From the human T2T-CHM13v2.0 reference genome, Homo sapiens: a DNA stretch of 64,000 nucleotides. Positions 34,251 to 51,853 of the stretch are shown here, piece after piece. The notes beneath the pieces were generated by a model. That model was not told where the DNA came from, did not search any database, and saw nothing but the letters and a program-made list of their open reading frames with translations. Within the stretch, counting starts at the first letter, position 1; each line of letters begins with the position of its first letter. The DNA lies in assembly GCF_009914755.1 (NCBI RefSeq), contig NC_060941.1. The stretch is one strand, 5' to 3'. The translations under genes and the position numbers were made by a program.

Positions 34251-34673
34251 ATTCTCAGCTTGCATTCCCACTTAGTAAAAATCTGCCGTTGACGGCTCTA
34301 GTTTGCCACTGGAGATAATCCCAGCTGCCCACTTAATGCAGGAAGGTTTCCCTGTCTGGCCCTTGAAGGCATTTGAAGAGATGAAGGAAGTTTGGGGCCT
34401 GAAAAAATAGGAAGCATGGAAGAGGAAGCTTATTTTGGGACAAAGAACATGTAGACATGGAAAAGGTGTTGCAGGCAATCAAGAGAAACTAGCTAGCTGG
34501 TAGCTAATGAAGACACAGACTTGGGATTCAAGTGAGGTTTGGGTCTGAGATGTGGAACTGTGAGTTACCCATGAAGTTAAATTAAAAAAGCAGATGAAGT
34601 GGTTTAAAGAAAAGTTATCAAGGAAAAGAGAGCAGAGGACTGAGCCTTAAGTATTGTCCTCAAAAGACAGGGG

Positions 34674-34975
34674 GGCCACGTGAGGTGGCTCACGCCTGTA
34701 ATCCCAGCACTTCGGGAGGCCGAGGTGGGCGGAACATGAGGTTAGGAGTTCGAGACCAGCCTGACCAACAGGGTGAAACCCTGTCTCTATTAAAAATACA
34801 AAAAAGTAGCCAGGCATGGTGGTGTGCACCTGTAACCCCAGCTACTCAGGAGGCTGAGGCAGGAGAATCGTTTGAACCCAGGAGATGGAGGTTGCAGTGA
34901 GCTGAGATCACACTATTGATCTCCAGCCTGGGCAACAGAGCGAGACTCTGTCTTGGAAAAAAACAAAAACAAAAA
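34674..34975 (+). mobile_element. AluS
   Basis: Full dimer. Confidence 0.93.
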
Positions 34976-35014
34976 GAGAGAGAGACAGAGGAAGAGGGAA
35001 AAAATGAGAGGCCA

Positions 35015-35815
35015 TGGAGAACAAAACAATCACCATAGGTTCCATGATCTGGTCCCAGCCTGCCTAGCTTCATTTTCCACGCCTCTCAGCAAGCAGCCTT
35101 GATCCCAGCCAGACAGGCTATGTCTTAGAGAAACCTGGTGCTGTCAATGCCTTCTTCGAATCTATTTCCCACTGCCTGGAATGCTATTTTCTCCTCTCTG
35201 CCTGTGTTACATTTTTGTTTGTTTGTTTTTTGAAACAGAGTCTCACTTTGTTCCCCAGGCAGGAGTGCAGTGGCATGATCTAGGCTCACTGCAACCTCCG
35301 CCTCCCGGGTTCAAGTGATTCTCCTGCCTCAGCCTCCTGGGTAGCTGGGACTACAGGCATGTACCGCCATGCCTGGCTAATTTGTGTATTTTTAGTAGAG
35401 ATGGGGTTTCACAATGTTGGCCAGGCTGGTCTTGAACTCCTGACCTCGTGATCTGCCCACCTTGGCCTTCCAAAGTGCTGGGATTACAAGTGTGAGCCAT
35501 CGCACCCGGCCTGCGTTACATTTCTATTCACCTTTCTCGAATGAGCTCGGGCCCACGCTTCACCACTATGCTATATACGTATGTAAGAAGTCTGCACTTG
35601 CAGTCTGTAACTATATACAAACAAAAATCTTTTAAAAAGCCAAAAAATAAGCCCAAGAGTTGCCCCAAATGCCCAAGAGATGCCTGTCACAGTGTCCCCT
35701 GCACCACTATCACATTGCTCTGAGTCTGCTGCCTTCCCATTTGATTGAGCCCTCCATGAGGTCAGGGACCAGGACTCCTTCATTTTATCCTCAGTGGTGT
35801 TCAATAAATGATAAC
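35015..35815 (+). mobile_element. L2 3' region interrupted by an Alu and a tiny L1 3' piece (35545-35650)
   Basis: cccactgcctggaatgc..; ctccatgaggtcagggacc..tcaataaatg. Confidence 0.6.
35212..35511 (-). mobile_element. AluS
   Basis: TSD tg(t/c)gttacattt. Confidence 0.95.
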
Positions 35816-36701
35816 AGAAAAAAGGAAGGGAAGGAATGAGCAACTGATGTGGCGGGATAAATCTTGACATAATGCTGGGTCACAGAAGTCAAGGAAGAAG
35901 AGCTATTTCTGCCAGAGAGAACCATCTCAAATATGAGAAGTTATTCCAGGAGAATGAGGGCTGATGAGAAGCACTGGATTTCAGCAAGAATCTGCCACTA
36001 ATAAGGTTGGGGTGGGGGATGGTTTCTGATACTTTACTGGAAAATAACTTGGAAATATATATCAAAAGGCTTAACACTGTTTGCACCCTGAGGCTGAACA
36101 AATCTACTTGGGAAACACATCTGTAATGGACAATGTGGGTTTTTGTTTTTTTTGTTTTTTTTTTTTTGGTTTTGCTTTTTTTCCCTGTCCAGATCCAAGT
36201 TTTGTTTCTGTTTTGAAGGTGCTCCTGTTACATGACCTCTTGGTAGGGGGCGGCTTCTCACTTCCCATTGAGGATGTCAAAGCCACCAGATTCTTCCTCA
36301 GACTCCCTTAAGAGAGGCAGAGGCACCCACGTGTTCAGCAACTCTGGCCTCACCATCCAGATCACAACCTTCTTGCCAAGGACAGCTGCTCTGTCCTCTG
36401 GCCCTGCAGCTGTCACTTATCTGGGCCTCAAATAACCCTCCAGTCAGGGCCCCATGGTTATAAGGCAGCCAGAGTCTGCCTCTGATTCTGGTTCCTGGGA
36501 GTATCCTAATGGAAATCCTACCTGAGAGAAAAAGATCCTAAATATCGAAAAAAGTGCTATGCATTTCATGTAGCATGATTTACACAGCAAAATGTGGGAA
36601 TAAACTAAGGCCCCCAAACCAGGAACACAGAAGTAAATGATGGTATTGCTACTTGATAAAATGGTACTCACCATTAGAAGTAAAATATAGCATAATGTTA
36701 A

Positions 36702-37044
<343 letters not shown>

Positions 37045-37204
37045 TAATCTTGTAAAAAATTACTTGCAGAAAAGATGACTGGGAGTAATAAAACATTAGG
37101 CAAATAAGTATTTTTCCCTAAAAATTCTACTTAACTTTTAAATTACAAAAGTAATACAGGCTTACTGTAATATATTCTGAAGACATAGAAAGAAAACATT
37201 GATG

Positions 37205-37496
37205 GGCCAGGCATGGTGGCTCACGCCTGTAATCCCAGCACTTTGGGAGGCCGAGGAGGGCCAATCACGAGGTCAGGAGATCGAGACCATCCTGGCTAAC
37301 ACAGTGAAACTCCGTCTCTACTAAAAATACAAAACATTAGCCAGGCCTGGTGGGGGGTGCCTGCAGTCCCAGCTACTCGGAAGGTTGAGGCAGGAGAATG
37401 GCATGAACCCAGGAAGCATAGCTTGCACTGAGCCACTCTACTCCAGCCTGGGTGACAGAGCGAGACTCCATCTCAAAAACAAACAAACAAACAAAA
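37205..37496 (+). mobile_element. AluY-like with small deletion
   Basis: TSD AAAGAAAACATTGATG. Confidence 0.93.
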
Positions 37497-37904
37497 GAAA
37501 ACATTGATGATCCCAACACCCAGCCCCCTGCCTTACCCATGTCCTGCCATTCCCACATCACCAATGGTGACCACGTGCCCCTCCACACCTCTCTTCAGAC
37601 TCTAACCAACACTGCACATGCAGGTCTCTCTCCTCCTTTTCTTTCCGTCCTCCCTCCCTCCTTTTCCTTAAGTGGGACCATAGTATATATACTCCCTGCT
37701 TATTTTGGTTTGGCTTTTCACTTACCAAACTCAGAAGCAGCTTGTCTTACTAATTCTTCAGACCTCTGCTCCTGTGTTGCAGCCTCTTGGAAACCTCTGA
37801 GCCCTTGGCTGACTCAGACCCGTCTGTACTACCTGCAGTCATTAGTGATTTACAGCATGTGTCCCCTCTCTCCTATACTCTTAAGTCCTATCTACCTTTT
37901 ACCC

Positions 37905-38067
37905 TTTTTTTTTTTTTTTAAAGAAACAGGATCTCATCACTGCCCAGGCTGAAGTGCAGTGGCACAATCATAGCTCACCGCAACGTTGAACTCCTAGGTT
38001 CAAGGGATCCTCCCATCCCAGCCTCCCAAGTAGCTGGGACTATAGGCGTGAGCCACTGTGCCCAGTC
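37905..38067 (-). mobile_element. Alu monomer (FRAM-like)
   Basis: Single arm; TSD ctatctac(c/a)tttt. Confidence 0.85.
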
Positions 38068-38591
38068 CTATCTACATTTTTAGCTCCAGTTCCTAGCCCA
38101 GTACCTGGCACACAGATGATATCCACTATCTGTGCTGGCATGGATGAAGAAGAGAACAGATGAATGGGAAAACTTGAGGACAAGATGGTTTTGAAGGCAG
38201 ATAGGCACTGATGAAGGACAAGGCATTTCTCCATTGATACTGAATTAAGGATGACACAGCGGGTACAGAGACAGACACACAAGAATGTAAAGAAAAAGGG
38301 GCCAAGAGATTTAACTAGCTTACCTCAATGAACCATGATAAGGGAAAGAAGAAGTAAAAACAATAGCCAGATAGAAATATTCTTGATAAACAGCATGATA
38401 AATAAAGGAACTGGCATAGTTCCTTCTTTGTTCCAGATTAATTGCTTATTCTTGTGGTAAAAGATTAAAAATAATTCTCTGAGAGACAAAAGTAGCTCTA
38501 AAGTCTGTTAAATAAACAAGACTACTTAGAACTCAGTTTCTTACCTATGTTTTATAAGGTTCAAAAGAGCTAATATGATAAAAAGCATGTT

Positions 38592-38911
38592 GGTCAGGCA
38601 CAGTGTCATACATCTGTAATCCCAGCACTTTGGGAGGCTGAGGCAGGCAGATCGCTTGAGTCCAGGAGTTTGAGACCAGCCTGGGCAACATGGTGAAATC
38701 CTGTCTATAAAAAATAAAATAAAAATTAGCCAGGCATGACGGCGAGTGCCTGTAGTCCCAGGTACTCAGCAGGCTCAGGTGGGAGGCTCACTTAAGCCTG
38801 GGAGGTGGAGGTTGCAGTGAGTGCCACTGCACTCCAGCCAGGATGACAGACCAGACAGACCCTGTACCAAAAAAAAAAAAAAAAAAAAAAAAGAAAGAAA
38901 AAAGAAAAAAA
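38592..38911 (+). mobile_element. AluJ
   Basis: Full dimer. Confidence 0.9.
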
Positions 38912-38914
38912 GCA

Positions 38915-39450
<536 letters not shown>

Positions 39451-40609
39451 CTGCATGCTACTACTCTTAACCAGGGTCCTGCCCCACCTCCCTAAGAAGA
39501 TCACATTCAGATGAGCTGAAGGCAGATCCAATGGTCGTCGATTGAGACAGCATTAATGCAATGTCAGCTGGGTTGATTTCTAACCACATCACTGAAACAC
39601 TACTAAAATCACAATAAACGTGCTTAGACAACATTACGTAATAGTCAATATGCTGAGAAGCAAGACTGTACATCCACCCGAGTCATTCAGAATTCTTAGT
39701 CTGGTCTTTCACAATTGGCGCCCTCTGTCAGACTCAGACAAGGCTCTATTTTGAATTCTAATGAGGACCAAGCACACTGAATATTTAAACTGCAATTACA
39801 AAGATCCTACTTTTATGTAAATGTCCTTAATGGAAGTAACAGATCTGAAAATACATAGAGGTACCAGTGGAAAAATATCAGTCTAATTTGCATTTAGAAG
39901 CTAGAAAAAAAAAAAAACAGTATTGTTTTCTACTTGATGCTATCATTGGGGTGGGGTTGAGGGAGGAAAAGGGAGGAAAATCCACACAAAAATCTCGGTA
40001 AAAATTTTAAAGCCTGTGCTCCTGAGTGAAAGGTTCACAAAGAGGTACTTGAATCCCTTGTTAAGAACTGAACAAACAAATTCATCATCGGGCCTCTCTC
40101 CTGTGTGGCCCCTTGCAGTTCAGTCTGTATTCATAACTAGAAATTCTCTCACTGCTCAAGCATCTATGACTGATACATCGGCCCATCAAGGAAGATATGC
40201 CAAGGGTAGCGAAACAAAAGGCCATTTCATGATTCACAACCTATTTTTACACTCCTTTGTGTAAAATGATGATGTGGCGGCTGCTATCCACACTGCACCC
40301 AAGTCCTCTTAAACAGTGATAGAATTGCCCTGTGAATGGTAATTGAGTTACACTCCACTGGGCTGCTTAATTCCCACCCCCTATAGTTAAAGTACACCTT
40401 GCTTGCAGTTTGATTATGCATTTGTATGTGTTCATATATAAAACAGCCAATGTGGCTTTGCACTTGAGAAGAGCAGGTGGTTAACTCTTCGCTGTATCTC
40501 GAAGCTCTTGCACCAACCCTCTGCCCCTCAAACGCCTTTCTTATTAAGATCATAATTTAACTGCCTAGCATTTGGGCATTCTCTTCAAGATGCTAACATT
40601 TATCAAATG

Positions 40610-41757
<1,148 letters not shown>

Positions 41758-41802
41758 CTCATTTTTTTTTTTTTTTTTTTTTAAGGAAAATACTGAAAAG
41801 TG

Positions 41803-42147
<345 letters not shown>

Positions 42148-42194
42148 CTAAGAGTTTAGAGGCTGAAAGCAAAACCAAGCCAGGCTAATATGAA

Positions 42195-43390
<1,196 letters not shown>

Positions 43391-43762
43391 TAATTTTGCC
43401 AAGAGTTGCTAGACCTACTCAGTAAGTTCCACAATATGCTTTGTGTTCACAGGCATAATATTGATCAGTTGAAGGCTTAAAAGGAAATTCCTGAGAGGCT
43501 TAAATACTTGACTGACCCCCGTACAGCTTTAGAGACCACATGCTGACCTTCATCGACATGCAAAAACTAGCACTGCATGTCAACAAATGCATATATAAAA
43601 TGCAAAAATTGTCCTGTAAAGGTATCAGGCATAGGAAATAAGTACAGTTACTTGGTTGTTGATCCATAATACTGATAAAATTATTAAGTAAATATTACAA
43701 AAAGAATTGAAGAAATAACAGAAATAATGATCTCTAAAGTATTTCCATTAAAAGAATAAAGA

Positions 43763-44068
43763 GGTTGGGCGCGGTGGCTCACACCCGTAATCCCAGCACT
43801 TTGGGAGGCTAAGGTGGGCAGATCACCTGAGGTCAGGAGTTTGAGACCAGCCTGGGCAACATGGTGAAACTCCATCTCTACTAAAAATACAAAAATTAGC
43901 TGGGTGTGGTGGTGCACGCCTTAATCCCAGCTACTCAGGAGGCTGAGGCAGGAGAAATCACTTGAACCTGGGAGGCAGAGGTTGCAGTGAGCTGAGATTG
44001 TGCCACTGCACTCCAGCCAGGGTGACAGAGTGAGACTCTGTCTCAAAAAAAAAAAAAAAAAAAAAAAG
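43763..44068 (+). mobile_element. AluS
   Basis: Full dimer. Confidence 0.95.
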
Positions 44069-44574
44069 AAGAATTTTCTTTTTTCAGTATCTACTTAACA
44101 CTGCTATACTGATGAACTTCTCCCTTTTGAATCATTACATATAATTCTGTGGCAGATAATATATACATATATAATTAAATAAAATGAGGCATGAGATAAA
44201 TGTATAGTTATTTTAAAATATGGACACAAGTTTTCCAAACGTATTTTAGTACTTCTGGGATTCCTTAAATTCTTTTCTATTTTCAAAAAACAACACTTAA
44301 GAGTCCAGCTCAGAAGACATTATGACACTTCTGGGTAAAAATACTACACACCAGATATTAACATCAAATTAAAAACTGGCAACAGTGTAAGAAATATTCC
44401 ACATTCATTATGACTTCATGAGTGGCATGTGCTGAGTTACTATGTTGCAAACACAAAAACTTGCCAACATGTCTATGAATATATTCATTCCAAACTAGCA
44501 ACATAATTGCTGAGAACAACAAAAACAACATATATAACATTGTATGTCTTCCTGCTCTAGACATATAGTAACGA

Positions 44575-44925
44575 GAGCTAATACCAGTACTTGCTCACCG
44601 CACACAATGTACCAAAGATGGTTTTAAGTGATATATATATGTTAGGTTGGTGCCAAAGTCATTGCAGTAATGGCAAAAACCACGTTTACTTTTGCACCAA
44701 CCATATACATATATACCCACATACACATACATACATATATATATTACATACACGCAATCATTTATTTCTCATAACAATCCTTTGAGGTCTATATCTCTAT
44801 TATCCCCATTTCAAAGATGGGAAAATCGTGGCAAAAGGGAGTTTAGGCTTTCCTGAGGTCACGCAGCTAGAGAGAGTTCGTGAAGCTCGGGTGTGAGGCC
44901 AGGCTCTAGAGCTCACTCTCATGAT
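44575..44925 (-). mobile_element. MIR carrying MADE1
   Basis: ctcataacaatcctttgaggt..tattatccccattt..gaggtcacgcagcta. Confidence 0.65.
44642..44705. mobile_element. MADE1 (Hsmar1 MITE), internally deleted
   Basis: ttaggttggtgccaaagt...acttttgcaccaacc inverted termini in a TA-rich site. Confidence 0.9.
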
Positions 44926-45093
44926 ATCTATGCTCTGGCACCTCTCACATACGTATGGAAAGCTGGGGGAGGTGGCCAGCACTGGACACTTTACATAGTC
45001 CATACAACTGAATTTTGATAACCAAATTCTCCGCTTTCTTATAATTAGGAAACTGAGGCCCAGATTAAGAGAGAGGTGGAAGTGAACTCATAT

Positions 45094-45859
45094 TGAGAGG
45101 TGAAGCCGGCTGGACTTCTGGGTCGGGTGGGGACTTGGAGAACTTTTCTGTCTCACTAAAGGATTATAAACACACCAATCAGCGCTCTGTGTCTCGCTAA
45201 AGGTTTGAAAACGCACCAATCAGCACTCTGTAAAAAATGCCCCAATCAGCGCTCTGTGTCTAGACAAAGGTTTATAAACACACCAACCAGCATGCTGTAA
45301 AACACACCAACCAGCACGCTGTAAAAATGCACCAATCAGTGCTCTGTGTCTAGCTTAAGGTTTGTAAACGCACCAATCAGCACTCTGTAAAAATAGACCA
45401 ATCAGCACTCTGTAAAATGGACCAATCAGCACTCTGTAAAATGGACCAATCAGCACTCTGTAAAATAGACCAATCAGCAGGACATGGGCGGAGCCAAAGA
45501 GAGGAATAAAATCAGGCCACCTGAGGCAGCAACCCTGACCCGCTCGGGTCCCCTTACATGCTGTGGAAGCTTTGTTCTTTCACTGTTCACAATAAATCTT
45601 GCTGCTGCTCACTCTTTCGGTCCGCACCACCTTTGTGAGCAGTAACACCGGCTGCAACGGTCTGCAGCTTCACTCCTGAAGTCAGCGAGACCACGAACCC
45701 ACCGGAAGGAAGAAATTCCGGACACATCTGAACATCGGAAGGAACAAACTCCGGACACACCATCTTCAAGAACTGTAACATTCACTGCGAGGGTCCACAG
45801 CTTCATTCTTGAAGTCAGCGAGACCAAGAACCCACCTGAAGGAACCAATTCCGGACACA
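45094..45859 (+). mobile_element. LTR12 (ERV9) solo LTR
   Basis: TGAGAGGTGAAGCC...CCGGACACA; tandem CCAAT repeats; GC box 45486; AATAAA 45591; TSD atat/gtat. Confidence 0.95.
45170..45515 (+). promoter_or_regulatory. LTR12 U3 promoter: 9 CCAAT (NF-Y) boxes, 2 CCAAC variants, GC box, TATA-like gaataaaa
   Basis: Motifs counted directly; NF-Y-dependent LTR12 promoter activity is established for the family, not shown for this copy. Confidence 0.6.
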
Positions 45860-46283
45860 GTATCTCTCATCTTTAAAGTTTCAGGATCTATCATAGATAA
45901 CAAAGTCCCTGTGGCCAGAAGTTATGGGAGAAGATTGATAAAGCAAAAACTGAGGACCAGAAGCACAGGGCAGGATGGTCGGGCAGGACAGTGGTGATAA
46001 AGGGTCTCAAGGAGACCCCATGGGGCTCCACTACCTCTGAGCTTGCAGAGTCTCTATGTGCCTGACCCTCTCTCACCCCATTGTTCTAGCCTTCTTTCTT
46101 ACTGAGCAAACACAGCCAGGGAAGGTGATGCTTCTGAAGCTGCACATCTCAGGGACCCTTGCCCAGAGCTTCCAAAGTGGACAGATGGAGAGGATCCATT
46201 ACATTTTTCATATTAAAAAGGCTGAAAGTTTGGCAAAGTATGTTCTCAGATCTCTAGGTTTTTTTTAAATTGCTTTTGTAATT

Positions 46284-46730
46284 CTTTTTTTTTTTTAAAG
46301 ACACAAGGTTTCACTCTGTCACCCAAGTGGAAGTACAGTAAGACAATCATGGCTCACTGCAGCCTCAGCCTCCTGGGCTCAAGTGATTCTCCTGTCTCAG
46401 CCTCCCAAGCAGCTAGGACTACAGGCACATACCACCATGCCTGGCTAATTTTTAAAATTAATTAATTTTGAGACAGGGTCTCACTCTGTCACCCAGGCTG
46501 GAGTGCAATGGCACAATCTCAGTTCACTGCAACCTTCAAGCAATTCTCCCTCTTCAGCCTCCCAAGTAGCTGGGACTACTACAGGTGTGTACCACAATGG
46601 CTGGCTATTTTTTTGTATCTTTAGTAGAGACAGGGTCTCGCCATGTTGCCCAGGCTGCTAATTTTTAAATTTTTTATAGAGACAGAGAGGTCTTGCTATG
46701 TTGCCCAGGCTGGTCTCAAACTCCTGAGCC
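46284..46730 (-). mobile_element. Nested AluJ fragments (one AluJ inserted in the linker of another)
   Basis: Right arm 46284-46455; second element 46465-46657; left-arm remnant 46658-46730; gctaatttttaaa repeated. Confidence 0.8.
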
Positions 46731-46904
46731 ACTGCAGGTGGCCTGTGATTCTAGTTTTCATAAATATGTCAGCTTTATAATCTTGGTGCACCCTTGTGAG
46801 ACGAAGCACCCAAAAACAATTACTGTGATTACTACTGCTATTCCCATCATTTATCATCACGTACCTTTGGGCAAGGCACTGTGCACCGGCAATACACAAT
46901 TTAA

Positions 46905-47085
46905 ACCTCACAAAAGTCTGCATCAGAATTTCTGCAGAACAAGCACCTGCAGCAGAACTGCTTGGTACGCTTGTTAAATAATGAACATTCTTGAACTCCA
47001 CCCTAGATCTACTCAATCAGAATCCCCAGGGGAGGGCCTCAGGATCAGTATTTTAAGCAAGCCCTCCAAGCGATTCTTATCTTGG
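46905..47085. mobile_element. MER5-type hAT element within MIR remnant
   Basis: cttgttaaa..atctactcaatcagaatc..gtattttaagcaagccctccaagcgattcttat. Confidence 0.55.
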
Positions 47086-47532
47086 CATATGAATCCCCAT
47101 TTTACATACAAGGTATCAAGAGGTAAGGTGACTTGACAAAGATACCATCACTAAACATAGGATTTGAACTCAATTAAGCTTGTGGTTATTTTAAGACGGC
47201 ACAAAAGCAAGTGAGATCCCCTTTAAAACCCGCCAACCAGTATAATGTTATACAATTTCCCAAACCATTAATCTCTGTAAACACACAGAAAGGACTTTTA
47301 AATTAAAAACAAAAACAACAACAAAAAAACAATGAATGATATGCCCTTTGAACTCCATTTCATTTTGACCAGATTTAACCATTGTTTAGCAATTTCAGTG
47401 CTTCATCAAATGGAACTGCCTGTATCAGAAGAGCAACCAAATCCCCACAGTAATTAGACAAACAGGAAACTCAGAGCAGAGTAAATCCACAAGCTATGAC
47501 AGAAACAGAGCCATAACGTAGCTATCTCTTAC

Positions 47533-47634
47533 CACAAGAGGCTGACTTTCTGTCCACCATGTTTACCCGCCTGGTTTCATTGCGAAGTTTTTCATCTGTG
47601 TTCTCCACTAGGTTGGCAAGGTCGTCAATTATCT
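47533..47634 (-). CDS. STX8: Syntaxin-8 internal coding exon (penultimate, exon 7), 102 nt, phase 1/1; C-terminal half of Qc-SNARE motif up to the juxtamembrane Cys
   Basis: Minus strand reads gtttcctttctag|AG ATA ATT GAC GAC CTT GCC AAC...GCC TCT TGT G|gtaaga. Canonical AG/GT sites. The translation (E)IIDDLANLVENTDEKLRNETRRVNMVDRKSASC(G) matches human STX8 as I recall it. Confidence 0.96.
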
Positions 47635-47921
47635 CTAGAAAGGAAACATACATGATTACTATTCCTGAAATACCCCGGTTCACATCACAGTATCACAGCT
47701 GTGGTTGTTCATCCTAGCAATAATGATCTCGAGTGCAGTAACTGAAAAGGTACAGAACTCATGTCGATTCTTTGAAAACTGCAATTCTGATTGTAAAAGG
47801 AAAAAAAAAAGCAGTAGTAAAGAAGAAAACTGATTTAACACAATTCCAGCAGACAGGAGAAATGCCACATTCAGAGGAAAGAAAGCATGACCTGCCGAAT
47901 TTATGCCTAGCCAAGCTGTCA

Positions 47922-48266
<345 letters not shown>

Positions 48267-48642
48267 TCAGGGACTACCTGGGCCCTTCTTGAGAAAACTA
48301 CATGATGAAGAAATCTAGCCAATCAAAAGATAAATAAAGAGATGATGGAGAGAACCAAATCCATTTAAATACTGGACTAAGAGTAAACAAATACGTGGAT
48401 TAGATAACAGAAAGGTACAGAAAGGTCACAACAGTACAATGTAATTCCAACTGAAAAATTAGTCAGTGGTTGCGAGTGGGGAAGGAAGGTGAAAAGAAAT
48501 TGAAAGTGCTAATTTCTTCATCTCTCGCAACGAGGCATATCGAGCAGTTGAAAAGTTAATCATACAGAAACTTGTAGCCTTTTAAAATCACCAAAACTTT
48601 AATGTTTTTTGTTAAGCTTGAGGGATCTTTTAGTAATTACTA

Positions 48643-49070
<428 letters not shown>

Positions 49071-49235
49071 CTATGTAAAATTATTTGTATCCATCTTTTT
49101 ATATTTACAAACCTATAGGGGTATATGTGGATAATATTAATCTAATGCTACTAATGATTATTTCTAGATGGTGGGATCCTGTGTGACTGCTGCCTTCTTC
49201 CTTGCATTTTTCTGTGTTGTTTGAATTTCTGTGTG

Positions 49236-50210
<975 letters not shown>

Positions 50211-50645
50211 ATTATATTTTTCATTTTGTTTTTTTTTTTTCCTCCCTCCTTCTCCCTCCTTCCTGTTTTTATAGTGACTGCTTTGGAGATGTGCTGTTCA
50301 ATACCAGTCACCATTTTTCTTAAAGCATTAAGTAAAGCAAACAAGGAAATCAAATAAAGTTTCCAGAATGATGTGTGAGCTAAATTCTGAAGGCGACATG
50401 GGTGAAAAAGCAGGAAAAAGGCAACCCATGCAAAAAGAATAGTATCTGAAAGGCACAAAGGAGTTGGGTGCTCCTGCTTCTTGCCTCCTGCAGCACTTCC
50501 TACAAACCTCTTATTTATAGACCGTATAGTTATATTCTATCGATTTGTTTACATGTCTTTAACAGGAAGATTATGATACAAACTAATTTTTATTCATCCT
50601 TATACCTCCCACCCCTAGGAGAATGCCTTGTATACAGCAAGATAA

Positions 50646-51012
<367 letters not shown>

Positions 51013-51153
51013 TCATTTTAATTCATTTTCTATACAATACTCAGAACATATTTTAATTCTCTCATATTTCAATGAATTAAAATATAAATAGCTACATGTA
51101 TCGAACAACTCAGCTCTAAAGCAATAACTTAAAAAAGAAACCAAGAAAACACT

Positions 51154-51179
51154 CACACACACACACACACACACACACA
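51154..51179. repeat. (CA)n microsatellite
   Basis: Directly visible. Confidence 0.95.
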
Positions 51180-51409
51180 TATGCCCTGCCAAGAGGTATA
51201 GTTTTAAAATAAAAATTAACAGAAGAAATAAAATTACATACTAAAAATGTATGATTCAGGAAAGGGGTAAAGAGGAACAAAAGATAGATGGGATGAAAGG
51301 AACAGAAATACAATATCTATCTGGCATGCTTAAATTCAACTATATCAATAGTCACATTAATGTAAACAGACTAAACTTTTCAATTAAAAGACAAAGGGTA
51401 TCACGCAAG

Positions 51410-51564
51410 ATTTTTTTTCTTTTTTAAATTATACTTTAAGTTCTAGGTACATGTGCACAACGTGCAGGTTTGTTACATAGGTATACATGTGCCATGTTGG
51501 TTTGCTGCACCCATCAACTCGTCATTTACATTAGGTATTTCTCCTAATGCTATCCCTCCCCCAG
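51410..51564 (-). mobile_element. L1PA-type 3' end (heavily 5'-truncated)
   Basis: attatactttaagttctagg.tacatgtgcacaacgtgcagg; TSD GCAAGATTTTT. Confidence 0.95.
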
Positions 51565-51853
51565 CAAGATTTTTAAAAAAAGATGACACAACTATATACT
51601 TTGCTATGAAACTCACTATAAAGCATAGTGTTTGTATGAGAAAGGTGGCAAAGCTATATTAATATCAGACCAGACAGACTTCTTGAAAAGGAGTATTATT
51701 AGACATAAAAAGGAACTTTTCATCATGATGAAAGGACACATGTCAAAAATGGGAAATTCTGTCATATTTGAAAATTAAGGAAAACACTTCTGATTTCCCC
51801 ACAGGGCAAAGATGAAACCACAAGAGAAAGCAGAAAGCAGAAAGAAGGACAAC

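Noticed and set aside
36238-36256. CTCF-like ggtagggggcgg
   Set aside because: The 5' half of the motif (CCAC/CCGC) is mismatched and too weak without ChIP data.
45170-45480. Regularly spaced direct repeats resembling a CRISPR array
   Set aside because: These are the LTR12 U3 CCAAT tandem repeats. There are no unique spacers or cas genes and the context is eukaryotic.
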